A stretch of 41,310 bases of DNA from Minisyncoccota bacterium (GCA_041663145.1 JBAZRG010000005.1:1-41310); one strand, 5' to 3'. Counted from the first letter of the stretch, positions 1 to 10,119 are shown. Numbers and translations are program-made. Notes: generated by a model from the sequence alone, not told the origin.

Positions 1-51
1 ATTAACTGTACCACCAACCTTTCATGGCATCAGAAAAGTACTGAGGACAGA

Positions 52-77
52 GTGAATTGCTCTGCAGAGCAATTCAC
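52..77. repeat. 26-bp perfect palindrome GTGAATTGCTC-TGCA-GAGCAATTCAC
   Basis: Read directly: 11-bp arms around a self-complementary TGCA centre. It lies upstream of rpsO. Function is unknown (RNA hairpin or dimeric-protein site). Confidence 0.6.
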
Positions 78-215
78 GTGCTTATTAGGGACAGGTGTGA
101 GTTATTCGGGATTCTTGAACTTATTGGAAGCAGAGTCCGAGGAAGAACAGTAAGTGTGTGTGCGGTTACTTAAATTTCCTTGCGTCTTGAACCTATTCAT
201 GCTACTATGATCGCC

Positions 216-482
216 ATGTTAACGGCGCGTCAAAAGACAAAAATCATCAAAGAAACAGGCGTTCATGATAAGGACAGCGGTTCTCCTGAGGTGCAAGTTG
301 CACTATTGACCAAGAGAATCGATGAACTTACGGGACATCTTCGTAAACATCGCAAGGACAATCACTCCAGACGCGGACTTCTCGGCATGGTTGCTAACCG
401 CCAAACTCATTTGACTTATTTGAAGAAAAACTATCCAAAGAGATATTCTGCTATAATAAAGAAGTTGGATTTGAAGAAATAA
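216..482 (+). CDS. rpsO: 30S ribosomal protein S15
   Basis: ORF 180..482. The ATG at 216 gives an 88-aa product (MLTARQKTKIIKE..GSPEVQVALLTKRIDELTGHLRKHRKDNHSRRGLL), which matches S15 length and motifs. The TTG at 180 is unlikely to be the start. It sits in the conserved rpsO...pnp neighbourhood. Confidence 0.95.
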   Translation: MLTARQKTKIIKETGVHDKDSGSPEVQVALLTKRIDELTGHLRKHRKDNHSRRGLLGMVANRQTHLTYLKKNYPKRYSAIIKKLDLKK

Positions 483-560
483 GAGTTCAATAACAAACAG
501 TGTACTTGTCTAGAAGTAACTCATAAGAGCTTTTTAATACTAGATTAACTATAAATTTTA

Positions 561-1079
561 ATGATCATAAAACACAAAGAACAGCGTGTCGGTATATATA
601 TCGATGCTCAGAACCTATATCATAGCGGTAAAAATCTTTATCATTCCAAAGTAAATTTTGGTCAAATAGTCAAAGACGCCCTCGATGGACGCAAACTCGT
701 CCGAGCTGTAGCCTATGTAATTGCTACTGAAGCGGGTGAAGAAAATGCTTTCTTTGATGCTCTAACAAAGATGGGTATAGAAACAAAAGTCAAAGACCTA
801 CAAATCTTCAGTTCTGGCGCCAAAAAAGCTGATTGGGATGTTGGCATGGCCATAGATGCCGTCAAACTCGCTCCGAAACTGGATTCGGTCATTCTACTTA
901 CCGGTGATGGTGACTTTGTACCGCTAGTCGAATATTTGCAAATGAATCAAGGTTGTCAGGTGGAAGTTGCTTCCTTCGGTAAATCTACATCAGCCAAACT
1001 CATCGAAGCGGCAGACGACTTTATGGATCTGGATCAAAATTCAAATAAATATCTATTGCGAAGCGGAACAAAAAAATAA
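561..1079 (+). CDS. NYN-domain (LabA/DUF88-like) predicted ribonuclease
   Basis: 172 aa. RVGIYIDAQNLYHS at the N-terminus and ILLTGDGDFVPLVEYLQ..G..V match the acidic-residue pattern of NYN/LabA proteins. Confidence 0.85.
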   Translation: MIIKHKEQRVGIYIDAQNLYHSGKNLYHSKVNFGQIVKDALDGRKLVRAVAYVIATEAGEENAFFDALTKMGIETKVKDLQIFSSGAKKADWDVGMAIDAVKLAPKLDSVILLTGDGDFVPLVEYLQMNQGCQVEVASFGKSTSAKLIEAADDFMDLDQNSNKYLLRSGTKK

Positions 1080-1199
1080 ATCGCAAACAAAAAATTGCTC
1101 GAGAAGTGGACCTATTCACTCATTTGTAAATTGGCACCTACGGTGCTACATTAAGTGTGAAAACTATTTATCCATATCAGGTTCACACCTCATAATTTA

Positions 1200-3347
1200 A
1201 TGACAAAAAAAGAATTTTCAATCGAAGTCGGCGGTAAGATGCTAGTCGCTGAATTTAATGATCTAGCAGATCAAACGAACGGTGCAGTAATGCTGCGTTA
1301 TGGCGATACAGTCGTATTAGCGACTGCAGTCATGAGTCACGAACCTAAAGATGGAGATTTTTTTCCTCTCACAGTAGATTATGAAGAAAGATTTTATGCC
1401 ACGGGCCGAATACTTGGCTCACGTTTCATGCGCAGGGAAGGCAGACCTTCTACCGAGGCTATTCTGTCTGGTCGCATCGTCGATCGAACTATCCGACCTC
1501 TATTCAATCAAAAAATTCGAAATGAAGTCCAAGTAGTTTTGACAACTCTCTCAATCGCGGAAGAAGATCCTGATATAGTTTCAGTTATAGCCGCCTCACT
1601 AGCTCTAGGTACATCGGATATACCTTGGAATGGACCAGTATCTGCTGTGCGCATGATAAAAAAGACAGATTGGCAGGTAAATCCTACATTTATCGATCGT
1701 GAAGATGCTACTACAGTCGCCGATATGATCGCTTGTGGTAAGGATGGAATGATCAACATGATCGAAGTTGGAAGTAAAGAAATCGATGAAGTCACGGTAA
1801 ATGCTGGACTCGTTGCCGCATCAAATGAAATAGAGAAGATTCAAAAATGGCAAAAAGAAGTCATAGAAAAAATTGGTAAAGAGAAAGTTGTAGTCACACT
1901 GCCAGAGGCCACAGCCGGGACAAAAGAACTTTTTGATAAAGAAATCAGTCCAAAACTATCGAAATACGTTATGAGTGGAACGCCGGGTAAAGAAAGTATG
2001 GAAGAAATAAGCGGTATGTGGATGAAAATATTTAAAGAAAATATCCCTGAAGGCAATATCGCCATGGCAATGGAAATATTCGAAGAAGCAGTCAATGAAC
2101 TCATCCACAATAAAGCTATAGATAGCAATGAGCGTCCAGACGGCAGATCTATGGATCAGATTCGCCCATTATTTGCTAGAGCTGGTGGTATTTCGCCGAT
2201 TTTACATGGTTCAGGTATATTTTACCGAGGAGGCACACACGTCATGTCAGTTTTGACTCTCGGATCACCAGGCGATGCTCAAGTGATCGAAGGTGTGACT
2301 GTTGCGGAAAATAAGCGTTTTATGCATCACTACAATTTTCCACCGTTTTCTACTGGTGAAACCGGTCGAATGGGCGGGACAAATCGTCGCATGATCGGTC
2401 ATGGTGCTTTGGCGGAAAAAGCTTTACTTCCTGTTATTCCCGAAAAAGAAAGATTTCCTTATACTATACGCCTAGTATCCGAGGCATTTGCTTCGAACGG
2501 ATCAACATCGATGGGATCTGTCTGCGGATCGACTCTCGCCCTCATGGATGGTGGGGTACCGATAAAAAGTCCAGTTGCAGGCATCGCTTCTGGTCTCATG
2601 ATGCGCACACCTAAGGAATACAAGATACTGACCGATATTCAAGGTCCTGAAGATCATCACGGTGATATGGATTTTAAAGTAGCCGGAACAAGACAAGGTA
2701 TAACAGCAGTCCAAATGGACGTTAAAGTTGGTGGCATACCGCTTAAGATCTTGTCTGAGGCTTTTGATAAAGCAAAAATAGCCCGTTTTAAGATTTTGGA
2801 TGTTATTGAAAAAGAAATTCCAGCCGTACGGGCCAAAATATCACCTAGTGCTCCTGAAATAATAGTAATGAAGATAAAGCCTGATCAAATAGGTCTAGTT
2901 ATCGGTTCTGGAGGCAAAACTATAAATGAAATCCGAGACGTTACACATGTTGAAGATATAACTATCGAAGATGACGGCTCCATATTCATAACTGGAAAAG
3001 ATGGAACTGCACAAAAGGCAAAAGAAATCATATACAATATGACACGCGAGTATTTGCCTGGTGAAAAATTCGAAGGTGAAGTTGTAAGACTCATGGATTT
3101 TGGAGCATTCGTAAAGATCGGACCAAATGCTGAAGGACTCGTCCATGTCTCCGAAATCGCACCTTTTAGAGTTGAACGCGTCGAAACATATATAAAGGAA
3201 GGAGACAAAGTACCAGTAGCAGTCAAGGAAGTCGATGAGAAGGGAAGACTAAATCTATCTATCAAAGCTGCCAATCCTACATTCTTTACAAAGAAAGAAG
3301 AATCTCCAAGACCACCAGCTAATAGAGAATTCAAAAAAAGATATTAG
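1200..3347 (+). CDS. pnp: Polyribonucleotide nucleotidyltransferase (PNPase)
   Basis: 715 aa with two RNase PH-like cores (GRILGSRFMRREGRPS; FPPFSTGETGRMGGTNRRMIGHGALAEKAL; DHHGDMDFKVAGT), then KH (IGLVIGSGGKTINEI) and S1 (GEVVRLMDFGAFVKI..EGLVHVSEI) domains. Confidence 0.98.
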   Translation: MTKKEFSIEVGGKMLVAEFNDLADQTNGAVMLRYGDTVVLATAVMSHEPKDGDFFPLTVDYEERFYATGRILGSRFMRREGRPSTEAILSGRIVDRTIRPLFNQKIRNEVQVVLTTLSIAEEDPDIVSVIAASLALGTSDIPWNGPVSAVRMIKKTDWQVNPTFIDREDATTVADMIACGKDGMINMIEVGSKEIDEVTVNAGLVAASNEIEKIQKWQKEVIEKIGKEKVVVTLPEATAGTKELFDKEISPKLSKYVMSGTPGKESMEEISGMWMKIFKENIPEGNIAMAMEIFEEAVNELIHNKAIDSNERPDGRSMDQIRPLFARAGGISPILHGSGIFYRGGTHVMSVLTLGSPGDAQVIEGVTVAENKRFMHHYNFPPFSTGETGRMGGTNRRMIGHGALAEKALLPVIPEKERFPYTIRLVSEAFASNGSTSMGSVCGSTLALMDGGVPIKSPVAGIASGLMMRTPKEYKILTDIQGPEDHHGDMDFKVAGTRQGITAVQMDVKVGGIPLKILSEAFDKAKIARFKILDVIEKEIPAVRAKISPSAPEIIVMKIKPDQIGLVIGSGGKTINEIRDVTHVEDITIEDDGSIFITGKDGTAQKAKEIIYNMTREYLPGEKFEGEVVRLMDFGAFVKIGPNAEGLVHVSEIAPFRVERVETYIKEGDKVPVAVKEVDEKGRLNLSIKAANPTFFTKKEESPRPPANREFKKRY

Positions 3348-3383
3348 GTTACTATTTTCTCATCTCTTGCTATAATCTAGACA

Positions 3384-4823
3384 ATGGACGATGAAATAAT
3401 CTCAAAGCCAGTTCCACCGAAAAACGAAGTAGACTCTTCGACTGATCCAGATATGGATCCACCTTCAGAAAAAGTTTTTGATATCACGCCTGATTTCAAT
3501 ATTTCACAGATCGATGATTCTGCAAACATCGATGCGCCAACTCAAATTCCAGAGATTAAGGTGGTTCAAAGCAATATTACTTCTTCAATTCCAAATTCGA
3601 CAATCACTCCTCCCCAAAATACCATTACCACAAATATTCCACCAGCTCCAATAAGTCCTCCAACACCAGTTAAGCTGGACGCTCACTTCATAAAACCACC
3701 CATCAATGTATTGGAAACAGTTCCAACACCACCAACAGTTCCAATCAATCAAGCGACACCTCCAAGTGTCCCTGTAAGTCCCGTGGGAAATAAACCGAGT
3801 ACCGAGCCAGCAAATCCTCCAACAAAAACACTAGGTGCCACGCCAAACATGACTAATAAAACTCCTTATCCTTTACCAACTGAATCTCAAAACTCAGATA
3901 TAAAATCCATTCGAACATTTGAGAGTGATGTCGCGGAAATCATGTCGCGTAGAAAACCTTCAGTAACCTCTATCGCTATAGCCGAATCCGAAAAGAAAAC
4001 TGGCGAACAAAATATTGCCACAAAGAAAATCGATCCTCCCCAAAAACATTTTAATAGTAAATTTTTATTATTGATCGTGAGTGTAATAATGGTTGGGGGT
4101 GGTGTGATCGGAGCATATTATCTATATTCCATAAGTCCGCTCGCTCCAGTTCCTGTAACTTCAATTATGCCAGTATCAGAACTTGGTCAATCACTCATAT
4201 CGAGTGACTTTACATCAAAAATATCTATTGATGGTCTAAATCCTTCAACACTAACATCACGAATACGAAATGAGATAGAACAATCTCAAGCACCAGAAAC
4301 AATAAAAGAGATCATTATCACTACAACGGCAGATGAAAAGACAATGAGACTCAACGGCCCAGACATGCTCGAGTTCATGAATATCGACGTACCTGACAAT
4401 ATCAAACGGTCCTTGGATAAAGATTGGATGCTTGGTATATACACATCCCGTTCTGGAGACAAAAAAACTTTTGTTGTGGTCACTAATAACTTTTTCCAAA
4501 ATACATTTGCCGGCATGTTGGCATGGGAACAGTATATGCCTGATTCATTGAAACAATATCTTTTCTCATCAGCAATTAGCAATCAAAATCAAGATAATAA
4601 TTCATCGACTACCACAAACGAAACCGAGGTAACGGAAAATTCTCCAAATTTCTCAATGCGAGGCAAGTTTATCGATCGGATCTTCTCCAATCGAGATATT
4701 CGAGAATATATTACGGAAGATGATCGAATCCTTTTCCTTTACTCATTTCTCGATAGCACAAGACTCTTAATAACCTCTGACGAGGAAACATTGGCCGAGG
4801 TATTGAAGCGCCTTGAAAAATAA
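3384..4823 (+). CDS. Hypothetical single-pass membrane protein with Pro/Thr-rich N-terminal half
   Basis: 479-aa ORF. About 225 low-complexity P/T/S-rich residues, then one hydrophobic helix (FLLLIVSVIMVGGGVIGAYYLY), then a roughly 230-aa C-terminal domain. I recognise no family. Confidence 0.7.
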   Translation: MDDEIISKPVPPKNEVDSSTDPDMDPPSEKVFDITPDFNISQIDDSANIDAPTQIPEIKVVQSNITSSIPNSTITPPQNTITTNIPPAPISPPTPVKLDAHFIKPPINVLETVPTPPTVPINQATPPSVPVSPVGNKPSTEPANPPTKTLGATPNMTNKTPYPLPTESQNSDIKSIRTFESDVAEIMSRRKPSVTSIAIAESEKKTGEQNIATKKIDPPQKHFNSKFLLLIVSVIMVGGGVIGAYYLYSISPLAPVPVTSIMPVSELGQSLISSDFTSKISIDGLNPSTLTSRIRNEIEQSQAPETIKEIIITTTADEKTMRLNGPDMLEFMNIDVPDNIKRSLDKDWMLGIYTSRSGDKKTFVVVTNNFFQNTFAGMLAWEQYMPDSLKQYLFSSAISNQNQDNNSSTTTNETEVTENSPNFSMRGKFIDRIFSNRDIREYITEDDRILFLYSFLDSTRLLITSDEETLAEVLKRLEK

Positions 4824-4847
4824 TCATTTTAGCGATAAAATACTCCC

Positions 4848-5210
4848 ATGAATCCACAAGAAATCCAAAATTTTAAAGACAAATTACTGGCCGAGAAAGC
4901 TCGCCTAGAATCTGCCCTAGAAGAAGTAGGTCAAAAAAATCCTCAAAATCCTAGTGATTGGCAAGCTACTACCAATGATATCCAAGTCGACTCGGCTGAC
5001 GACAATGAAGTTGCGGACAAATTCGAAGAATTCGAAGGTAATACAGGAATAGTCAATAAACTTGAAAAACAACTCGTAGAAGTCGATGCCGCTTTGGACC
5101 GCATTGAAAAAAAGACTTATGGTATATGCGAAACCTGTGGCAAACCAATAGAAAAAGACAGACTCGAAGCCAACCCGTCTGCTCGCACGTCTATAAAGCA
5201 CAGTCACTGA
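4848..5210 (+). CDS. DksA/TraR-family protein with degenerate zinc finger
   Basis: 120 aa. Acidic coiled-coil N-terminal part, then YGICETCGKPIEKDRLEANPSARTS, the DksA/TraR C-terminal signature. The second CxxC pair is absent (TSIKHSH instead). Confidence 0.8.
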   Translation: MNPQEIQNFKDKLLAEKARLESALEEVGQKNPQNPSDWQATTNDIQVDSADDNEVADKFEEFEGNTGIVNKLEKQLVEVDAALDRIEKKTYGICETCGKPIEKDRLEANPSARTSIKHSH

Positions 5211-5265
5211 AGACACTTCAGCACAATTTTATTAGGATTTTATCGTGGGCGACTATAATTGCCCG

Positions 5266-6798
5266 ATGAGTCTCGCCAAAACATACAGCGCTCAACTCAT
5301 TGGACTAGTGTCTGAAATAATTACTCTAGAAGTCGATATTTCAAATGGACTACATTCATTTTCTATTGTCGGTCTTGGTGATCGGTCAGTCGAAGAAGCC
5401 AAGGATAGAGTCTCCGCGGCAATCAAAAACAGCGGTTATATATCTCCCAAACAAAAAAATCAAAAAGTCGTCGTTTCCATGGCTCCGGCAGATATTCACA
5501 AGGAAGGTCCATCATTTGATCTAGCAATCGCCATTGCCTATTTGTCAGCCGCCGAAGATATTGTTTTTACACCAGAAAACACACTGCTATTAGGAGAATT
5601 ATCACTTGAAGGCAGGATACGCAAAGTCAGCGGACTACTTCCAATACTTTGCCAAGCTCCTATTCACAAATTCAAGCAGGCATTTATCCCAAAAGACAAT
5701 GTCGACGAAGCGTCACTTGCTCAAGGATTGACGATATTCCCCGTATCGACACTGACAGAAGTCATTGATCACATCACAGGATTGAGACTCGTAGAACCAT
5801 TGAAACTCCGTGAGGAAAATGAATTTAGTTCTATAAACACCGATGATCAAACACTAGATATGAGTATCATTCGTGGCAACGAATCAGCCAAACGTGGTCT
5901 GGAGATAGCCGCGGCCGGTGCTCACAATATCATAATGTGCGGATTGCCAGGTACAGGCAAAACAATGCTGGCAAAAAGTTTTTGCTCGATATTACCAAAC
6001 CTTTCATACGAAGAATCAGTCGAGGTAACCGGCATACATTCAGCGGCACGTATCCTCGGCACAAAACTCATCATTCGACCACCTTTCCGATCACCTCATC
6101 ACACAGCATCATATCCATCTATTGTAGGTGGCGGATCGTTCCCGCGACCTGGTGAGATAACATTGGCACATAGGGGAGTATTGTTTCTCGATGAATTCCC
6201 AGAATTTAGCCGTGAAGTGATCGAGGCTTTACGTCAACCTCTCGAAGATAGACTCATCACTATTTCGCGGGCACGTGGCATAATCACATTTCCAGCCCAA
6301 TGCATCCTCATAGCATCTATGAATCCTTGCCCTTGCGGACTCGGTCGAGAAAATAACTGCACGTGTACGACCCGAACTTTAGAAATGTACAAAAGGAAAA
6401 TCTCAGGTCCTATAATTGACCGTCTTGATGTTTGGCTCAATATCAACATGATCGACTATGGCAAACTAGCTGCTCCTGTATCTACATCTGAGACATCAGA
6501 AACTATTCGCAACCGTGTCCAAAAAGCCCGAATGAGACAAAAATCCCGTTTTCAAAAAAATAACATAAGAAAATCATACAATTCCGAAATGGACGCACGT
6601 GATATAGAAAGATTCGCCAACATTTCTGATGAAGCGCGCAAAATCCTTACAGCATCATCGGAAAAACTGAAAATGTCGGGCCGAGCATTTCACCGTATCA
6701 TCAAAGTCGCCCGAACCATTAGTGATCTGTCTGACTCTGACACAATAATGCCAGAACATATATTTGAGGCCATCCAATACAGACAGAGAAACCTTTAG
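5266..6798 (+). CDS. comM: YifB/ComM-family Mg-chelatase-like AAA+ ATPase
   Basis: ORF 5245..6798; the ATG at 5266 (MSLAKTYS..) fits family N-termini. It has a Lon-like N-domain (VEVDISNGLHSFSIVGLGDRSVEEAKDRV), Walker A GLPGTGKTMLAK, Walker B GVLFLDEFPEF and a Cys cluster NPCPCGLGRENNCTC. Confidence 0.9.
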   Translation: MSLAKTYSAQLIGLVSEIITLEVDISNGLHSFSIVGLGDRSVEEAKDRVSAAIKNSGYISPKQKNQKVVVSMAPADIHKEGPSFDLAIAIAYLSAAEDIVFTPENTLLLGELSLEGRIRKVSGLLPILCQAPIHKFKQAFIPKDNVDEASLAQGLTIFPVSTLTEVIDHITGLRLVEPLKLREENEFSSINTDDQTLDMSIIRGNESAKRGLEIAAAGAHNIIMCGLPGTGKTMLAKSFCSILPNLSYEESVEVTGIHSAARILGTKLIIRPPFRSPHHTASYPSIVGGGSFPRPGEITLAHRGVLFLDEFPEFSREVIEALRQPLEDRLITISRARGIITFPAQCILIASMNPCPCGLGRENNCTCTTRTLEMYKRKISGPIIDRLDVWLNINMIDYGKLAAPVSTSETSETIRNRVQKARMRQKSRFQKNNIRKSYNSEMDARDIERFANISDEARKILTASSEKLKMSGRAFHRIIKVARTISDLSDSDTIMPEHIFEAIQYRQRNL

Positions 6799-7880
6799 AA
6801 AGGATTGCGCGCGCCTCGAATCTCAAAGTGTACATGGGGACCTGTAGATAGCCCTGTCGATCCCATAGAACCGATAACTTCACCTTGAAGGACTTTTTCA
6901 CCAACAACCACGGAGCTTTTTTGCATATGCCCATAAAGAGTCTGTGTGCCATTTGAATGTGAAATAACGATGTAATTACCATAACCACCATTCCATGCTC
7001 CATTCATACGATTGATGATAATAGTACCGGAAGCAGAAGCTCGAATCGGAGTACCGACCGGACCAGCTATATCTATGCCATTGTGTCCATGTAGACCCTG
7101 AGTCCTGGTACCACCGACGACTGGCCGTATGAAATATCCTGAAATAGTAGGCCAATTTTGACCATCTAGTAAAGGCTGAGTCAGGGAATTTTTTGAAGCT
7201 GACGTAGAACGGATTTGTGGAGCGGCAAGTTCAGCATTAGGAATGATGAGATGTTGACCTACAAATATCTTTGAAGACACCAATAAATCATTGTAAGCAA
7301 GTATCTCATTTGTATCAGCATTGTATTTCTTGGCTATGGATTGGAGATTTTCACCTTTAATCACAGTGTGATCTAGACCTGAAATCGGCAAAATGACCAA
7401 AGTCTGGCCAGTTTTAAGGACTGATTTACTTCCAATATTGTTTGCCCATAGAATCGTATTGACTGATACGTTGAACATCTTAGCGACACTAGAAACAGTA
7501 TCACCTTCACGTACTACATAAGTGCTGATTTTTGTATTATCTATATCCTTATCGACAGAATTTGAAAGCGCCAAGTCTGGTACCAGAGATTCATCATCGA
7601 TAGGTACGATATCGGTCAATCCATCAGGGTTTGGATCGCGATTCGCGGCGGCTGCTAACAAAGTAATATTCTGAGAAGTAATTATCTTGCCGGGACGATT
7701 GATTTTGGCTGAAGCGGACTCACCAGCCACAAGGGAAGACATAAATGAAATAAGACCGGCCTTGGCAATCTTATCACAAGAAAATACTATTGAGACGGCG
7801 AGAACTATAACAACTACAAACAAAGTGATGCGTCTTTTAATCAATCTATTTTCAGTTGTTTTTTTTGAATGTAATTGCAT
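6795..7880 (-). CDS. LysM-repeat M23-family peptidoglycan endopeptidase
   Basis: ORF 6795..7943 (GTG). The ATG at 7880 (MQLHSKKTT..) precedes the TM anchor. There are two LysM repeats (YVVREGDTVSSVAKMF..; HTVIKGENLQSIAKKY..) and M23 motifs (HNGIDIAGPVGTPI, GSTGLSTGPHVHFEI). The start codon is uncertain. Confidence 0.9.
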   Translation of the reverse strand: MQLHSKKTTENRLIKRRITLFVVVIVLAVSIVFSCDKIAKAGLISFMSSLVAGESASAKINRPGKIITSQNITLLAAAANRDPNPDGLTDIVPIDDESLVPDLALSNSVDKDIDNTKISTYVVREGDTVSSVAKMFNVSVNTILWANNIGSKSVLKTGQTLVILPISGLDHTVIKGENLQSIAKKYNADTNEILAYNDLLVSSKIFVGQHLIIPNAELAAPQIRSTSASKNSLTQPLLDGQNWPTISGYFIRPVVGGTRTQGLHGHNGIDIAGPVGTPIRASASGTIIINRMNGAWNGGYGNYIVISHSNGTQTLYGHMQKSSVVVGEKVLQGEVIGSMGSTGLSTGPHVHFEIRGARNPF

Positions 7881-8175
7881 AACATAAATATTCTTTCCGC
7901 AAGTCATCCATAACTGAGATTGGGCGCTCTGAACTAGTTTCACTTATATTTATATGGCTCAACTTAGCCACTTTGCTAAAATAAGATATAAGGTGACTTA
8001 CCTAGGTTATCAAGTGCCGGATTATTGTCAACCGAAGATGTGCACAGCTATTTTTATTGCTATTTTGTCAACTAATATGATGTGGTTTTGATAAAAACAT
8101 TTGACTCGCACTTCTAATTAGGATGAAGCGTACGGAGGGACATATTGTAGGGGGTTATTATGATAAACTACCCCC

Positions 8176-10110
8176 ATGTCTACATTAAATGAAGCACAAG
8201 AAAGGGCAGTTACAACTACGGATGGTCCTGTCCTAATAGTCGCCGGTGCTGGCGCAGGAAAGACGCGTGTAATAACACATAGAATATTAAATCTGATAAA
8301 AAACGGTGTCAGTCCACAATCCATATTAGCCATCACATTTACGAACAAAGCTGCTAAAGAAATGAGGGAAAAGGTGTATGATCTTTTGAACAACGAAAAA
8401 ACCCTAAATCTGCCAGTCTCAATGAAAGAACGTCCGTTTGTGAGTACTTTTCATGCATTAGGTGTCCATATTATTCGAGAAAATGCTCATCTATTGGGAT
8501 TAACGAGACATTTTACGATATTTGATAGGTCCGATTCACGTCGAGTTATAAAACAAAGCATGGAACAATGCTCTATAGATCCAAAGAAATTCGACCCAGG
8601 GACCGTTCTCAATATGATATCCAGATCCAAAGGGGATGGAGTCAATTGTGCGGAATATACGGAACACGAAAAAGGTTATACGGAAGACGTGGTAGCTCAA
8701 GTTTGGGAGAAATATGAAGCAATTCTCAATAAAGAGAAAGCTTTGGATTTTGACGATCTACTATTGAAAACTGTAAACCTGTTAGCTAATAATGAAAAAG
8801 TCAGAAACCATTATAGTTCAATATGGAAATACATCCATGTCGATGAGTACCAGGATACAAATAAGGTCCAATATAAAATAGTAAAACATTTAACATCCGC
8901 AAATCACAATATTTGCGTGGTAGGCGATGCTGATCAAAATATATACAGTTGGCGAGGTGCGACAATAGAAAACATTCTTAATTTCGAAAAAGACTATCCG
9001 GAAGCCACCATAATAACTCTGGAGAAAAATTACCGTTCAACCAAAAATATCCTGGCCGCGGCGAACAATGTGATCGAGAAAAATAGAATGCGTAAGAAAA
9101 AAACTCTGTATACCGACAATGAGTCCGGAGACAAAATACCACTCATAGCATCTTATACAGAAAATGACGAAGCGAGGACTATAGCAGACACAGCCAGATC
9201 ACTCATAGATAGTGGTACTCCAGCCAGGAATATAGCCGTACTATATCGAACAAATTTCCAATCACGTGTTATCGAAGAGTCATTTATAAAGAAAAATATA
9301 CCTTATCAGCTTGTAGGAGTGCGGTTTTTCGAACGCAAAGAGATAAAAGATGTATTATCGTATATCAAAGCTTCCCTCAACAAAGATAGTTGGAGTGACA
9401 TCGGCAGAATAATAAACATTCCTCCAAGAGGCATCGGAAAGGCCACGGTAGCAAAAATAATGTCGGAACAAGAAAATCTATTGCCTCCAGCCATGAAAAT
9501 AAAGATTGCGCAATTTTGGAAACTGCTAGAGGACATCCGTAAAGAAATTATGGAGAAGAAACCTTCCGAATCAGTCCGTTTTGTTATACAAGAGACTGGA
9601 ATGGAGAGGTTACTGCGTGAAGGAGATAGCGAAGATGAAGAACGCTTGTTAAACATCCGAGAATTGGTCTCTGTCGCAACACAATACGACCACATGACAC
9701 CCGAAGAAGGCATGGAGGCACTACTTTCCAACGCCGCTCTAGCAACTGACCAAGATGAGCTCACAAAAGACGAGGATGCCGTAAAACTTATGACAGTCCA
9801 TGCTTCTAAAGGTCTGGAGTTTGAGCATGTATTCATAGCGGGTATGGAACAAGATCTATTTCCATTCAAACATGTTGATGAAGAAAATGTGAGTCAGGCG
9901 GAAGAAGAGGAAGAAAGACGCCTCTTTTACGTTGCACTCACACGTGCTAAAAAGAAAGTCTATTTGAGTTATTGTTTGATTCGTACAGTATACGGAGCAC
10001 AAAGAGTAAATACACCTTCGGAATTTATAGAAGATATAGCCAAAGATCTCATAGAGGATGCACCTTCCGAGAAACCAACTGGGGTCAAAGCAATTTTCAT
10101 TGATTTCTGA
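8176..10110 (+). CDS. pcrA: UvrD/PcrA-family ATP-dependent DNA helicase
   Basis: 644 aa. LNEAQERAV, Walker A AGAGAGKTRVITHR, DEYQDTN, YSWRGA, NYRST, VHASKGLEFEHVFI and RRLFYVALTRAKKKV are SF1 UvrD/PcrA motifs. Confidence 0.95.
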   Translation: MSTLNEAQERAVTTTDGPVLIVAGAGAGKTRVITHRILNLIKNGVSPQSILAITFTNKAAKEMREKVYDLLNNEKTLNLPVSMKERPFVSTFHALGVHIIRENAHLLGLTRHFTIFDRSDSRRVIKQSMEQCSIDPKKFDPGTVLNMISRSKGDGVNCAEYTEHEKGYTEDVVAQVWEKYEAILNKEKALDFDDLLLKTVNLLANNEKVRNHYSSIWKYIHVDEYQDTNKVQYKIVKHLTSANHNICVVGDADQNIYSWRGATIENILNFEKDYPEATIITLEKNYRSTKNILAAANNVIEKNRMRKKKTLYTDNESGDKIPLIASYTENDEARTIADTARSLIDSGTPARNIAVLYRTNFQSRVIEESFIKKNIPYQLVGVRFFERKEIKDVLSYIKASLNKDSWSDIGRIINIPPRGIGKATVAKIMSEQENLLPPAMKIKIAQFWKLLEDIRKEIMEKKPSESVRFVIQETGMERLLREGDSEDEERLLNIRELVSVATQYDHMTPEEGMEALLSNAALATDQDELTKDEDAVKLMTVHASKGLEFEHVFIAGMEQDLFPFKHVDEENVSQAEEEEERRLFYVALTRAKKKVYLSYCLIRTVYGAQRVNTPSEFIEDIAKDLIEDAPSEKPTGVKAIFIDF

Positions 10111-10119
10111 TAATGTGAT

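Noticed and set aside
1-153. Open reading frame 1 (50 codons, ending TAA 151-153), possibly the 3' end of an upstream CDS
   Set aside because: I cannot support it. It is too short, matches no recognisable family, and contains the 26-bp palindrome. It is kept only as a caveat in the rpsO-leader finding.
967-1200. 77-aa plus-strand ORF spanning the NYN gene end and the pnp leader
   Set aside because: It overlaps the well-supported NYN CDS in another frame and runs through the leader hairpins. There is no supporting signal.
8151-8175. GGGGG...CCCCC pairing immediately upstream of the pcrA ATG
   Set aside because: Only 5 bp pair, across a 15-nt loop. This is too weak to call a regulatory structure.
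9306-9869. 187-aa minus-strand ORF inside pcrA
   Set aside because: It is antisense to a helicase ORF with all SF1 motifs. It is Ser-rich and low-complexity, with no recognisable domain.
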